Origin: Candidatus Zhuqueibacterota bacterium
GTDB taxonomy: Bacteria > Zhuqueibacterota > Zhuqueibacteria > JANLFK01 > Oleimicrobiaceae
Reading direction: 5' to 3'
Length of the DNA: 64,000 nt
Assembly (NCBI GenBank): GCA_024655945.1
Contig: JANLFK010000002.1
Location: forward strand, 242,610 to 306,609
The notes under the pieces were generated by a model. It had not been told where the DNA came from. It was given only the letters and a program-made list of their open reading frames with translations, and did no database searches. The translations under genes were made by a program, and so were the position numbers. The first letter of the stretch is position 1; each line of letters starts with the position of its first letter. Positions 18,826-26,628 of the stretch are shown here, in pieces.

Positions 18826-19875
18826 CTACCGTGCGTTCATAATGGCCATGGAAAAGTCCTCGGCGGTCACGCCTGGCGTTTCCACTTCGTGTTCATCGCA
18901 GAATTCGCCCACCCGCTGCACAATGTCCTCGGGCTGGCGCTTTATCCCCTTCAGGGAGTTCTCCAAGCCAGCCAGTTCCTCCTTGGGATAGAAGGTGAAA
19001 TCGCCGGAAATGCCGAGGTCTTTGATGCGCTCCCGCTCCACCTCCTGCACCGTGCGGATCAGGCCGCCTGGGGCCTTGTGGATGCCGAAGGAGATCTCCA
19101 CGCCCTCCCGGATCTTCACCCCTGTGGCCACGCGCGGCGTCTTCTTGAAGAGGAACTCGGGGGAATTGAACTCCTGCTCCAGCCGCGCCATGGTCGCCCA
19201 AAGCTCGCTGGTCATCTCGGCCGGCTCCAGGGGGCCCACCAGCCGCGTGAAGTGCCGCACCAAGGCGCGCTTGATCTCTTCGCGAGGGGGCAGAGCACCG
19301 AGCTCGCGCTTCATGGTGGTGAGGTTCTCCTCCATGCTCTTGAAAATCTTGTCGCGAAACTTTTCCTCCGGCACCTTGAGCACGCGCACCATGGTCTCAT
19401 AGTCAAAATCCAAGAGGATGCCGCCGACGAAAACCATGCAATCGCCGATGTTAGCGCCGCCTTCGCCGGCGATCTTCCGCCCTTCGCCGGTGACGATGTC
19501 ATTGACCGGCCGGAAGCGGGCCTTGATGCCGAACTCGCGATAGGTCTCCACCGGAGCCTGGGAGAACCACTCGTAGATTTCGCTGATTTTCTTGGGGAAG
19601 TGGGGGTTGGAGCGTCGCCAGATGAGCTGGTAGAAGATCTGGTTCCCATCCAGATAGGTGGTGCCGCCGCCTACCTCGCGGCGCATGGCGGGAATTTTCA
19701 CCTTCTCCAAATACTCCAGGTCAATCTCCTGCTTGGCGTCCTGGAAGTAGCCGATGCTCACCAGCGGGTCTTGCGGCGAGACGATGACCAGGCTCTCCAC
19801 GCCCATGCGCGCCAAGGCGTGGAAGATGAGCATCGAATTCTGACCGGGAAGCTTGTCCAAGTAAAAGAGCTGCAT
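18826..19875 (-). CDS. Lipoate/octanoate-protein ligase family protein (BPL/LplA/LipB catalytic domain plus LplA-type C-terminal domain)
   Basis: Start at MQLFYLD, preceded by GGAGG. A conserved ...GRKIAGEGG... lysine region resembles the LplA active-site Lys. Embedded between hdrC and the glcF-like gene. Confidence 0.78.
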   Translation of the reverse strand: MQLFYLDKLPGQNSMLIFHALARMGVESLVIVSPQDPLVSIGYFQDAKQEIDLEYLEKVKIPAMRREVGGGTTYLDGNQIFYQLIWRRSNPHFPKKISEIYEWFSQAPVETYREFGIKARFRPVNDIVTGEGRKIAGEGGANIGDCMVFVGGILLDFDYETMVRVLKVPEEKFRDKIFKSMEENLTTMKRELGALPPREEIKRALVRHFTRLVGPLEPAEMTSELWATMARLEQEFNSPEFLFKKTPRVATGVKIREGVEISFGIHKAPGGLIRTVQEVERERIKDLGISGDFTFYPKEELAGLENSLKGIKRQPEDIVQRVGEFCDEHEVETPGVTAEDFSMAIMNAR

Positions 19876-19965
19876 GCCCGACCTCCGTGTTCGTTTCACC
19901 AAGGGTCTCCCTTGCTCCGTCTCGGGCCTGCTATGCCCGTCATCCCCCAATGCAGTGCACCGCCT

Positions 19966-21045
19966 TCAAGCGCCAGCCGAGCGCAGCGCGTCCCACACCA
20001 AGTCTGCCACGTCGCGCACGACGATGTCGCCCTCCCCTGCCTCAGCCAAAGACGTAGCGCCCTTCTTGAGGGTTTGCTCGCAGGTGGCACAAGAGGTGAC
20101 GATGGTCTTCGCCCCTGTGGCCATGGCCTGACGCACCCGGTTGCGCGCCAATTGCGCGGAGAGCTGCTCGTTGGAGGAAAGAATGCCGCCACCGCCACCG
20201 CAGCAGCGCGTGGTGTTCTTGCTCTTCGGCATCTCCTTCACTTCCGCGCCAATCGCGCTCAGCACGCGCCGCGGCTCTTCCACCACCTTGGCACCGCGCG
20301 CCAAGTCACACGGGTCATGATAGGTGACCGTCACTTCCAGCTTCTTGACCTTGTCGGCCGGGAGCTTTTCGGCCACCGCCTGCAAGAAGTGGCGCGTCGG
20401 GATACCGTACTCCTCTTTGAGGAAAACCGTGCAGGTGGGACAGAAGGTGATGGTGGGCTCTTTGGCCAGCATCTGGGCCAAGCGCTTCTTGTGCTCCTCG
20501 AATTTGTGCACAAAGCCCAGAGAGACCAGGGGAAACCCGCAGCAGATCTCCTCCTGCACTTTGGGCTTGAGGCCGATCATCTCGAGTATCTTGAGGTACT
20601 TTTTCACCTTATTCGGCCGCGCCAAGAACTGGCAGCCGATGAATACGCGCACCTCCCCCTCCTGCTTGGGCAACATCACTTCCTGGTCCCCGAAGATGTT
20701 GCCCGAGGCCATCACGTTCTCTGCCAGCATGATCTGGCCGGGGAAGGCCAGCCCCATGTCCACCAGCTCGGCGCGCGCCGCCCGCACGATCTGCGGCACT
20801 TTGACCTTGGAGGGGCAGCGCCGCTCGCAGTCCCCGCACATGGTGCATTCGTAGATCCTCTGCGCCACGCTTTCGTCCGCCTGGATCTCGCCGGTGAGCA
20901 TGCCGTACGCCAAGATGTTGCGCCCCCGTGCCGAGGTGCCATCCCAAAGAATCTCGTCAAAGGGCGGACAGACGTTCTTGCAGTACCCGCACAGAGTGCA
21001 GGTGATGAGTTCGTTCAGCCACGGTTTCAGATATTCGCCTTTCAT
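19966..21045 (-). CDS. HdrD/GlcF-like Fe-S protein: 2x[4Fe-4S] plus two CCG domains (glycolate oxidase Fe-S subunit / LutA / Dld-II partner family)
   Basis: CTLCGYCKNVCPP and CTMCGDCERRCP motifs, ICCGFP and CCGGGGG CCG motifs. Its ATG overlaps the glcD-like TGA stop (ATGA), and a GGAGGTG RBS is present. Confidence 0.85.
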   Translation of the reverse strand: MKGEYLKPWLNELITCTLCGYCKNVCPPFDEILWDGTSARGRNILAYGMLTGEIQADESVAQRIYECTMCGDCERRCPSKVKVPQIVRAARAELVDMGLAFPGQIMLAENVMASGNIFGDQEVMLPKQEGEVRVFIGCQFLARPNKVKKYLKILEMIGLKPKVQEEICCGFPLVSLGFVHKFEEHKKRLAQMLAKEPTITFCPTCTVFLKEEYGIPTRHFLQAVAEKLPADKVKKLEVTVTYHDPCDLARGAKVVEEPRRVLSAIGAEVKEMPKSKNTTRCCGGGGGILSSNEQLSAQLARNRVRQAMATGAKTIVTSCATCEQTLKKGATSLAEAGEGDIVVRDVADLVWDALRSAGA

Positions 21046-22478
21046 TGCGACACCTCCACAGGGTACCGTAGGTGGGTGATGAACCCATTTTCCCACTCCT
21101 GAATCTTGTGCGGGTTCATGATGTTGTTTGGGTCCAAAGCGCGTTTGACAGCCTTCATCGCCGCGATCAAGCTGGCGCGCTCCTGGCGGAAGTACGGCGT
21201 CTTGGTAATGCCAATGCCATGCTCACCGGTCACCGTGCCGCCCAGCTCCAGCACAATGTCATAGATTTCCTGCACTGCCTTGTCCGCCTGCCGCCAGTGG
21301 TCCGGGTTGGTGGGATCCATGAGCACTTTGGTGTGCAGATTGCCATCACCGGCGTGGCCGTAGGCGGGGATTTCGATGTCGTAGCGGTCCGAGACCTCCT
21401 GGAAGCGCACCACCGCCTCCGGCACTTTGGAGATGGGCACGGACATATCATCAGCGAGCATCACCGTGGCGTATTCTTCGCGCAGGGCGCTCAGCGAGGG
21501 GATCATCTGCTTGCGCCCCTTCCACAGCTCCTCCAGGCGCTTGGGGTCCTCACTAAAGTCCATGGACACGGCGTTGTTCTTCTTGCACACCTCGGTGACC
21601 TTTGCCAGCTCCTCCCGCACCGCCTGCAGATTGTTCCCGTCCACTTCGATGAGCAGGATGGCATCGACCTCGGGCAGCCCCAGGCCGGTGGCCTTGTTGA
21701 CCGCCTTGATGCAGGTGCCCGACATCAGCTCCATGTTCGACGGCAGGATAGGCACAGCGATGATGTCGGACACCGTTTGCCCTGCCTCGCGGATATGGGC
21801 AAACGCCGCTACGCACCCTGCGCGGTAGGTGGCCAAGGGCACCAGCTTGAGGGTGATTTCGGTGACGATGCCCAAGGTTCCTTCCGAGCCGACGAAGAGC
21901 TTCTCGAACTGGTAGCCGCTGGCCCCCTTCACTGAACGGGCACCGCACCGGGCAATATCGCCGGTGGGCAACACCACCTCCAGGCCAAGCACGACGTCCC
22001 GCGTGGCCCCGTACTTCAGAGCCTTATCACCCGAGGCGTTACAAGCAACCATGCCGCCAAGCGTTGCCGCCTCGCTGCTGGCAGGACCGGGGATGAAGAA
22101 CTTGTACTTTTTCAGGGCCGCGTTTAGGTGGTCGCACACCACCCCTGGCTCCACCACGCAGATCAGGTCCTCGACGCAGATCTCTTTGATCTTCTTCATG
22201 CGCTGCAGGTCGACCACCACGCCGTGGTCGATGGGCACCGAATGTCCACAGAGGGCGGTGCCGGCACCGCGCGGCACCACGGGGAATTTGAATTCGTTGG
22301 CCAGCTTCACGATCTGGGCGACCTCCTGCGTGTTGATCGGCTGCACGACCACATCCGGCACCTCGCGGTGGATGCCACCGTCAAAGGCGTAGACGTAGCG
22401 CTCGGCGATGCTGGTCTTGCAGCGGTCTTCGCCCACAATGCTCTGCAGTCGTGCGATGACCTCTTTCTTGAGCGCCAT
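21042..22478 (-). CDS. FAD-linked oxidase, GlcD / D-lactate dehydrogenase family (FAD_binding_4 plus C-terminal domain)
   Basis: MALKKEVIARLQSIVGEDR... and the GlcD-like FAD-binding region. Confidence 0.86.
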   Translation of the reverse strand: MALKKEVIARLQSIVGEDRCKTSIAERYVYAFDGGIHREVPDVVVQPINTQEVAQIVKLANEFKFPVVPRGAGTALCGHSVPIDHGVVVDLQRMKKIKEICVEDLICVVEPGVVCDHLNAALKKYKFFIPGPASSEAATLGGMVACNASGDKALKYGATRDVVLGLEVVLPTGDIARCGARSVKGASGYQFEKLFVGSEGTLGIVTEITLKLVPLATYRAGCVAAFAHIREAGQTVSDIIAVPILPSNMELMSGTCIKAVNKATGLGLPEVDAILLIEVDGNNLQAVREELAKVTEVCKKNNAVSMDFSEDPKRLEELWKGRKQMIPSLSALREEYATVMLADDMSVPISKVPEAVVRFQEVSDRYDIEIPAYGHAGDGNLHTKVLMDPTNPDHWRQADKAVQEIYDIVLELGGTVTGEHGIGITKTPYFRQERASLIAAMKAVKRALDPNNIMNPHKIQEWENGFITHLRYPVEVSQ

Positions 22479-22512
22479 GATCTTTCTCCTCTCTTTCGGT
22501 TCTCCGTGCCGC

Positions 22513-23759
22513 TCAATCCAACAGTGGCACGGTGATGCTGCCATCCATCAAGAAGATCACCTGACAATCAGGTCCTTTTTCTGCCAGCGCCTCGTCCAAG
22601 GCCTCCTGCACGCTGCGGAACGGCTTGATGAAGATTGCCTCAAGGTCCTTGTCCGGCAGGTCGGTGACCCCCCAGACCTGTGCCCAGGTATTGATCTCCG
22701 CCATCTTCGCTGCCTTGTGATAGCCGAGTTTGAACTCCTTGCCGATTCTTTCGATGGTGGCCCGGGGGGAGTCGCAACTGGAAAGCAGATCGAAAAAAGT
22801 GCGCTCGCCGATGCCGGTGCGGCACTTGGAGACCATGATGAGAATCCCGCCCTCTTTGAGCGCTAACTTTCCGTTGTCCAAGGCCTTCTGCGATTGATAA
22901 AGGTCCACATCCATTGGGTAGGGTGCCACCGAGACCACCACATCGGCCTTGCCGCGGATTTTCACGGTAAAGACCTCGTTGGCCTTGGCAATGCACGCGC
23001 GGAAGGAAGCATGGAGATCGCCTGCTGCTGCTGCATAAATACGCCGGTCCCGATCCAGGACCGTTTGGATGGAAAAGATCTCCTTGTCGGCGATGCTGCG
23101 CAAGGCATCGATCATGTCCTCGTGCACCGGGTTGCCTTCCAGCACCAGCGCCTTAGCCTCCAGGCGCAGCGCGTGCTTGTGGTTCTGCTCAATGGTCGCA
23201 TAGGAGGCAATGCCCGGGAGGAAGGACTTGCGGCCGCCCGTGTAGCCGGCAAAATAGTGGGGCTCCACCGAGCCGATGATGACAATCTTGTCCGCCTCCA
23301 CGCCCATGCGGTTGACGTACATTTCGGTGCCGTTCACCGAGGTGCCGATGTGCACCATCTCCTCCTGCTTGCGGCAGTCGTGGACGTAGATGCGATCTTT
23401 CAAGTAGGGATAATGACGCCCAAAGATAAAGTCGTATTCCTCCTGCGTCGGTGCCCGGTGCACACCGGTGGCAATCAAGAAACGGCTTTTTGTGAGAGGA
23501 ATCTTCGGCTGCAGGATGTCGAGTATCTTGGCGGTAGGAGTGGGGCGCGTGCCGTCGTTGACAATGAAAAGAACGTCTCGGGCGTCAGACAGGAATTCGT
23601 CGAACGGGCGCGATTGCAGCGGCGACGAGATTGCCGCCATGAGTGTTGCCATCTCATCGCCGACCACTACAGAGTTGGGGTGAAGCACGTGCATCACGTG
23701 GTGGTCGGCGATCTCCACCTGCTGCGCCTCTCTGCCGTACGGGATCGCAAGTCTCACCG
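22513..23759 (-). CDS. LarA-family (nickel-pincer-nucleotide-dependent lactate racemase-like, DUF2088) protein
   Basis: Architecture and length are typical of LarA homologs. GTG start chosen at VRLAIPYG, with GGAGAG 7 nt upstream. A long Arg-rich N-terminal extension from the first ATG was rejected. Confidence 0.75.
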
Positions 23760-23851
23760 TCGCTCTCCTCGCGGAAAGTGGACAACGCTCTGCAGCACCC
23801 CTCGCGCTGCTTACCCCTCGTTCGGCGGAGCACAAAGACCGCGCGGGCCCA

Positions 23852-24286
23852 CTACTTCTTCTTTTCGCGCTCCACCCGCTCCTTCTCACCTTCAAGGTAC
23901 TTGGGGATGTCGCCAATCTTCATGAGGCCGGCAAGCTGGGCATCCAAGTCAGAGGCCTCGATGACCATGATCCACCCGTCACCATAGGGGGACTTGTTAA
24001 TCAGGTTGGCCGTATCCTCGAGGGCGTTGTTCACCTCGGCAATGGTGCCGGTGAGTGGGCTGACGATTTTGCCCACCCACTTGCTGGATTGCAGCTTGCC
24101 CACCGTCTCCCCTTCAGAGACCTCGTCGCCTTCGAAAGGCAGGTCCACGTAGACGATCTCCCCTGAGAGCTTTTGGTAAAAGTCCGTCATCCCCACTCTG
24201 GCGCGGCCATCGCCCTCGGGCTTGACCCAAGTGTGCTCCCTGTGGTAGTAGAGATCGTCCGGGTAGTCGTAACCTTCAATTTCCAT
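23852..24286 (-). CDS. GcvH-family lipoyl-carrier protein (glycine-cleavage H protein / LbpA-like). First gene of the operon.
   Basis: Start at MEIEGYDYPDDLYYHREHTWVK with a GGAGGGAGCC RBS. Lipoyl-lysine context ...GKLQSSKWVGKIVSPLTGTI... matches the GcvH E-S-V-K-A region. Confidence 0.85.
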   Translation of the reverse strand: MEIEGYDYPDDLYYHREHTWVKPEGDGRARVGMTDFYQKLSGEIVYVDLPFEGDEVSEGETVGKLQSSKWVGKIVSPLTGTIAEVNNALEDTANLINKSPYGDGWIMVIEASDLDAQLAGLMKIGDIPKYLEGEKERVEREKKK

Positions 24287-24351
24287 GGCTCCCTCCTTGG
24301 TGATGCCGCAATGCAGGACAATTTGCCGAGCGCCACCGCCCGGAAACTGCA

Positions 24352-24394
24352 CGCCCGTGCGTGGCCATCCCCGCTGGCACGGGCGCACGCGTGC
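24352..24394 (-). promoter_or_regulatory. Structured 5' leader of the gcvH-led operon: a 9-bp GC-rich inverted repeat (CGCCCGUGC ... GCACGGGCG, 16-nt loop) plus an overlapping 10-bp palindrome GCACGCGTGC, between the predicted TSS and the RBS.
   Basis: Seen in the sequence. No recognisable glycine-riboswitch consensus. Confidence 0.3.
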
Positions 24395-24408
24395 GGCAAG
24401 GCCGCGCT

Positions 24409-24437
24409 ATTATACAAAATTCCCCCCTCAAAGTCAA
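24409..24437 (-). promoter_or_regulatory. Near-consensus sigma70 promoter for the gcvH-larA-glcDF-lplA-hdrCBA-mvhD operon: -35 TTGACT (24437..24432), 17-bp spacer, TG-TATAAT -10 (24414..24409).
   Basis: The minus strand reads GCTTGACTTTGAGGGGGGAATTTTGTATAATAGCGC. These AT-rich hexamers stand out in a >60% GC background, about 120 nt upstream of the gcvH ATG. Confidence 0.6.
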
Positions 24438-24661
24438 GCAAAACCGGCCAGCTTCGTCGGAAACGAATGGTTTTCAAACTGCATGCCATGCGCCAAGACT
24501 TGACGCCGCCAAGGCACCTCCACATTTACAGGAAGTTAGCACACCTGACGATCGCCCTCGTGGCCATGTCGAAGCGAATGCTTCCCAAAACTGGGAATGC
24601 CCGGCAAAGCGGTTGGCATTTTTGGGAAAGACTCGCTGGCGCCCTCCTCCGCGCTTTCCGC

Positions 24662-24690
24662 TTGCTTGACAGGAGAAAATGTCGTAAAAT
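24662..24690 (+). promoter_or_regulatory. Candidate divergent promoter for the plus-strand gene at 24707: -35 TTGCTT, 17-bp spacer, -10 TAAAAT.
   Basis: Sequence CTTGCTTGACAGGAGAAAATGTCGTAAAATAGC. The alternative TTGACA pairing has only a 13-bp spacer. Very short leader before the ATG. Confidence 0.3.
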
Positions 24691-24706
24691 AGCAACACAG
24701 GGAAAC

Positions 24707-25549
24707 ATGAGGCGCAGTATGAACGACCAGGCTCGGCAACAGGAGAGCATTCGCACCATCATCAGCCAACGAGGGTTGCGCTATGCCGGCGATTCTCCGC
24801 TGGACAACGTGCTCTTGCCGGAGCCAGCAGACCCGCAGGCGTGTCAGGAATTCCTCCGATTCATGAAGCGCTATTCCTTCCGCTTGCTGCTGCGGGATGT
24901 CATCAAGTACCGCGCCGGCTTTCGCGCCGAGGACCTGCTGCACTACTGCTCGCCGCGCAAGGCCCAGCGCTACGTCGACTACTTGCTCCGGGCAAGGGTG
25001 ATTGCCCCAGGCGAAAGTCAAGACACCTTCCGGCTGCGAAACCAGGCGGTGTACAGTTTCGGGGACACCTTAGAGTGGTACGTGGCGCAGCTCTTTGCCC
25101 AGGCCTTTGCCGCCACTGTGGGCTGGGACGTCAAGGTCTACGATTTGCCGGCAGGCGGCGACTTTGACGTGGTTGCCCTCTTGGGTGAGCTGCTGGTCTA
25201 CGTGGAGACCAAGTCCAGCCCACCCAAGAACATCCATCAGCCGGTGGTGGCCGCCTTCTTCGACCGCGTCGAGGCTTTGGCGCCAGATGTGGCCATCTTT
25301 CTGGTGGACACCCACCTGCGCCTGGCTGACAAGATCAACAAGATGGTGCGCCACGAGCTCAGACGCAGGACAGGAGGCCAGGCGACGGTCAACTTGCGAC
25401 CACTACGCCGTGGCGTGTACGCGGCCTCGGCCGGGCTGTTCGTCATCAACGGCAAGCCGGACTTGACACTGAATCTGCGTCTCTGTTTGCGGCACTTTTG
25501 GGCGCAGCGCGCCCGACAACGGCTGTTTGGCTTGGCACCACAGGAGTGA
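24707..25549 (+). CDS. Hypothetical protein: N-terminal winged-helix-like region plus a C-terminal PD-(D/E)xK-like (Mrr-type) nuclease motif
   Basis: Trimmed from ORF 24173..25549 to MRRSMNDQ; the upstream part overlaps the divergent promoter and gcvH. Motif ...GGDFDVVALLGELLVYVETKSS... fits a D...ExK arrangement. An alternative start at 24566 is possible. Confidence 0.5.
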   Translation: MRRSMNDQARQQESIRTIISQRGLRYAGDSPLDNVLLPEPADPQACQEFLRFMKRYSFRLLLRDVIKYRAGFRAEDLLHYCSPRKAQRYVDYLLRARVIAPGESQDTFRLRNQAVYSFGDTLEWYVAQLFAQAFAATVGWDVKVYDLPAGGDFDVVALLGELLVYVETKSSPPKNIHQPVVAAFFDRVEALAPDVAIFLVDTHLRLADKINKMVRHELRRRTGGQATVNLRPLRRGVYAASAGLFVINGKPDLTLNLRLCLRHFWAQRARQRLFGLAPQE

Positions 25550-25559
25550 GGAGACAAAC

Positions 25560-26600
25560 ATGGAAATCGACCTTGCCAACGTCTTTCGCAAACGTCAGGC
25601 CGAGTCGCGCTCTCTCAGCGCCGAGAATCCCACAGGCGAAAAGGGAAAAGGGGCGATGGCAGAGCCGGATGCCCAGAGCCCTGCCAGGGAATTGGGACGC
25701 GGGTGGAAGGTGCGCCCCTGCATCAGCATCGCGCCGGGGCAGACCGCCACCCTGATGGACCACGACGGCCCGGGTGTGATCCGCCACATCTGGCTCACCT
25801 GCAGCGAAAAGTTCTATCGCGACCTCATCCTCAGATGCTTCTGGGACCACCTTGCCCAGCCTTCGGTGGAAGTACCTCTGGGCGATTTTTTCTGCAACTC
25901 CTGGGGCTGTCGGCAAAACATCCTGGCCCTCCCCATCAACGTCAATCCGTCCGGAGGGATGAACTGCTACCTCCCCATGCCCTTCCGTACCCACGCCCGC
26001 ATCACGGTGGAAAACCAAGCCCCGGAGGAACTGCCGCACTTTTTCTATACCATCAACTACACCCTGGAGCAAGTGCCCGAAGATGCCCTGTACTTGCATG
26101 CCCAGTGGCGGCGCTCCAATCCATTGCCCTACGGCTGTGACCATGTCCTCGTGGATGGCGTGCGCGGCCAGGGGCACTATGTAGGCACCTTCATGGCCTG
26201 GCAGCAAAACAACGCCGGTTGGTGGGGAGAGGGCGAAATCAAGATGTTTATCGACGGCGACCGGGACTTTCCCACCATCTGCGGCACGGGCACTGAGGAC
26301 TATTTCGGCGGCGCCTGGTGTTTCGGCGAGGACTTTAGCGGGCCTTTCTGCGGCTTTCACCAGGTGGTGAAAAAATCAGGCGAACCAGGCGCACGCATGA
26401 CCCTGTATCGCTTTCACGTGCACGATCCGGTCTTTTTCTCCGCCGAGCTCAAGGTGACCATGCAGGCCCTCGGCTGGCGGAGCGGGCGGCGCTTCCTCCC
26501 CCTGCAGGACGACATTGCCTCGGTGGCCTACTGGTACCAGACCCTGCCGCCGGCACCCTTTCCGCCTCTGCCGGACCGAAACGGGCGGGAGATCATTTGA
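25560..26600 (+). CDS. DUF2961 / glycoside hydrolase family 172-like protein
   Basis: Start MEIDLANVFRK with a GAGGAGA RBS. The ...HIWLTCSEKFYRDLILRCFWD...YFGGAWCFGE... region resembles DUF2961. Confidence 0.75.
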   Translation: MEIDLANVFRKRQAESRSLSAENPTGEKGKGAMAEPDAQSPARELGRGWKVRPCISIAPGQTATLMDHDGPGVIRHIWLTCSEKFYRDLILRCFWDHLAQPSVEVPLGDFFCNSWGCRQNILALPINVNPSGGMNCYLPMPFRTHARITVENQAPEELPHFFYTINYTLEQVPEDALYLHAQWRRSNPLPYGCDHVLVDGVRGQGHYVGTFMAWQQNNAGWWGEGEIKMFIDGDRDFPTICGTGTEDYFGGAWCFGEDFSGPFCGFHQVVKKSGEPGARMTLYRFHVHDPVFFSAELKVTMQALGWRSGRRFLPLQDDIASVAYWYQTLPPAPFPPLPDRNGREII

Positions 26601-26628
26601 CAGGCTGGGTAAACTTCGACCTCAGGCC

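Noticed and set aside
18454-21102. 882-aa plus-strand ORF spanning the hdrC-lplA-glcF region
   Set aside because: Antisense to four well-supported minus-strand genes with clear family motifs. Its composition is His/Arg/Leu/Gly-rich and low in complexity, typical of a mirror-frame ORF in high-GC DNA.
22513-23916. Long Arg/Ser-rich N-terminal extension of the LarA-family ORF from its first ATG
   Set aside because: It would run into the gcvH stop region, and the extension is low-complexity. The GTG at 23759 with a GGAGAG RBS gives a canonical LarA N-terminus.
24666-24690. TTGACA -35 paired with TAAAAT -10
   Set aside because: Spacer is only 13 bp. The TTGCTT -35 with a 17-bp spacer was used instead, at low confidence.
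24173-24706. N-terminal 178-codon extension of the plus-strand ORF 24173..25549
   Set aside because: It would overlap the gcvH coding region and the strong divergent promoter. The extension has no protein-like features. The start was moved to 24707, with 24566 kept as an alternative.
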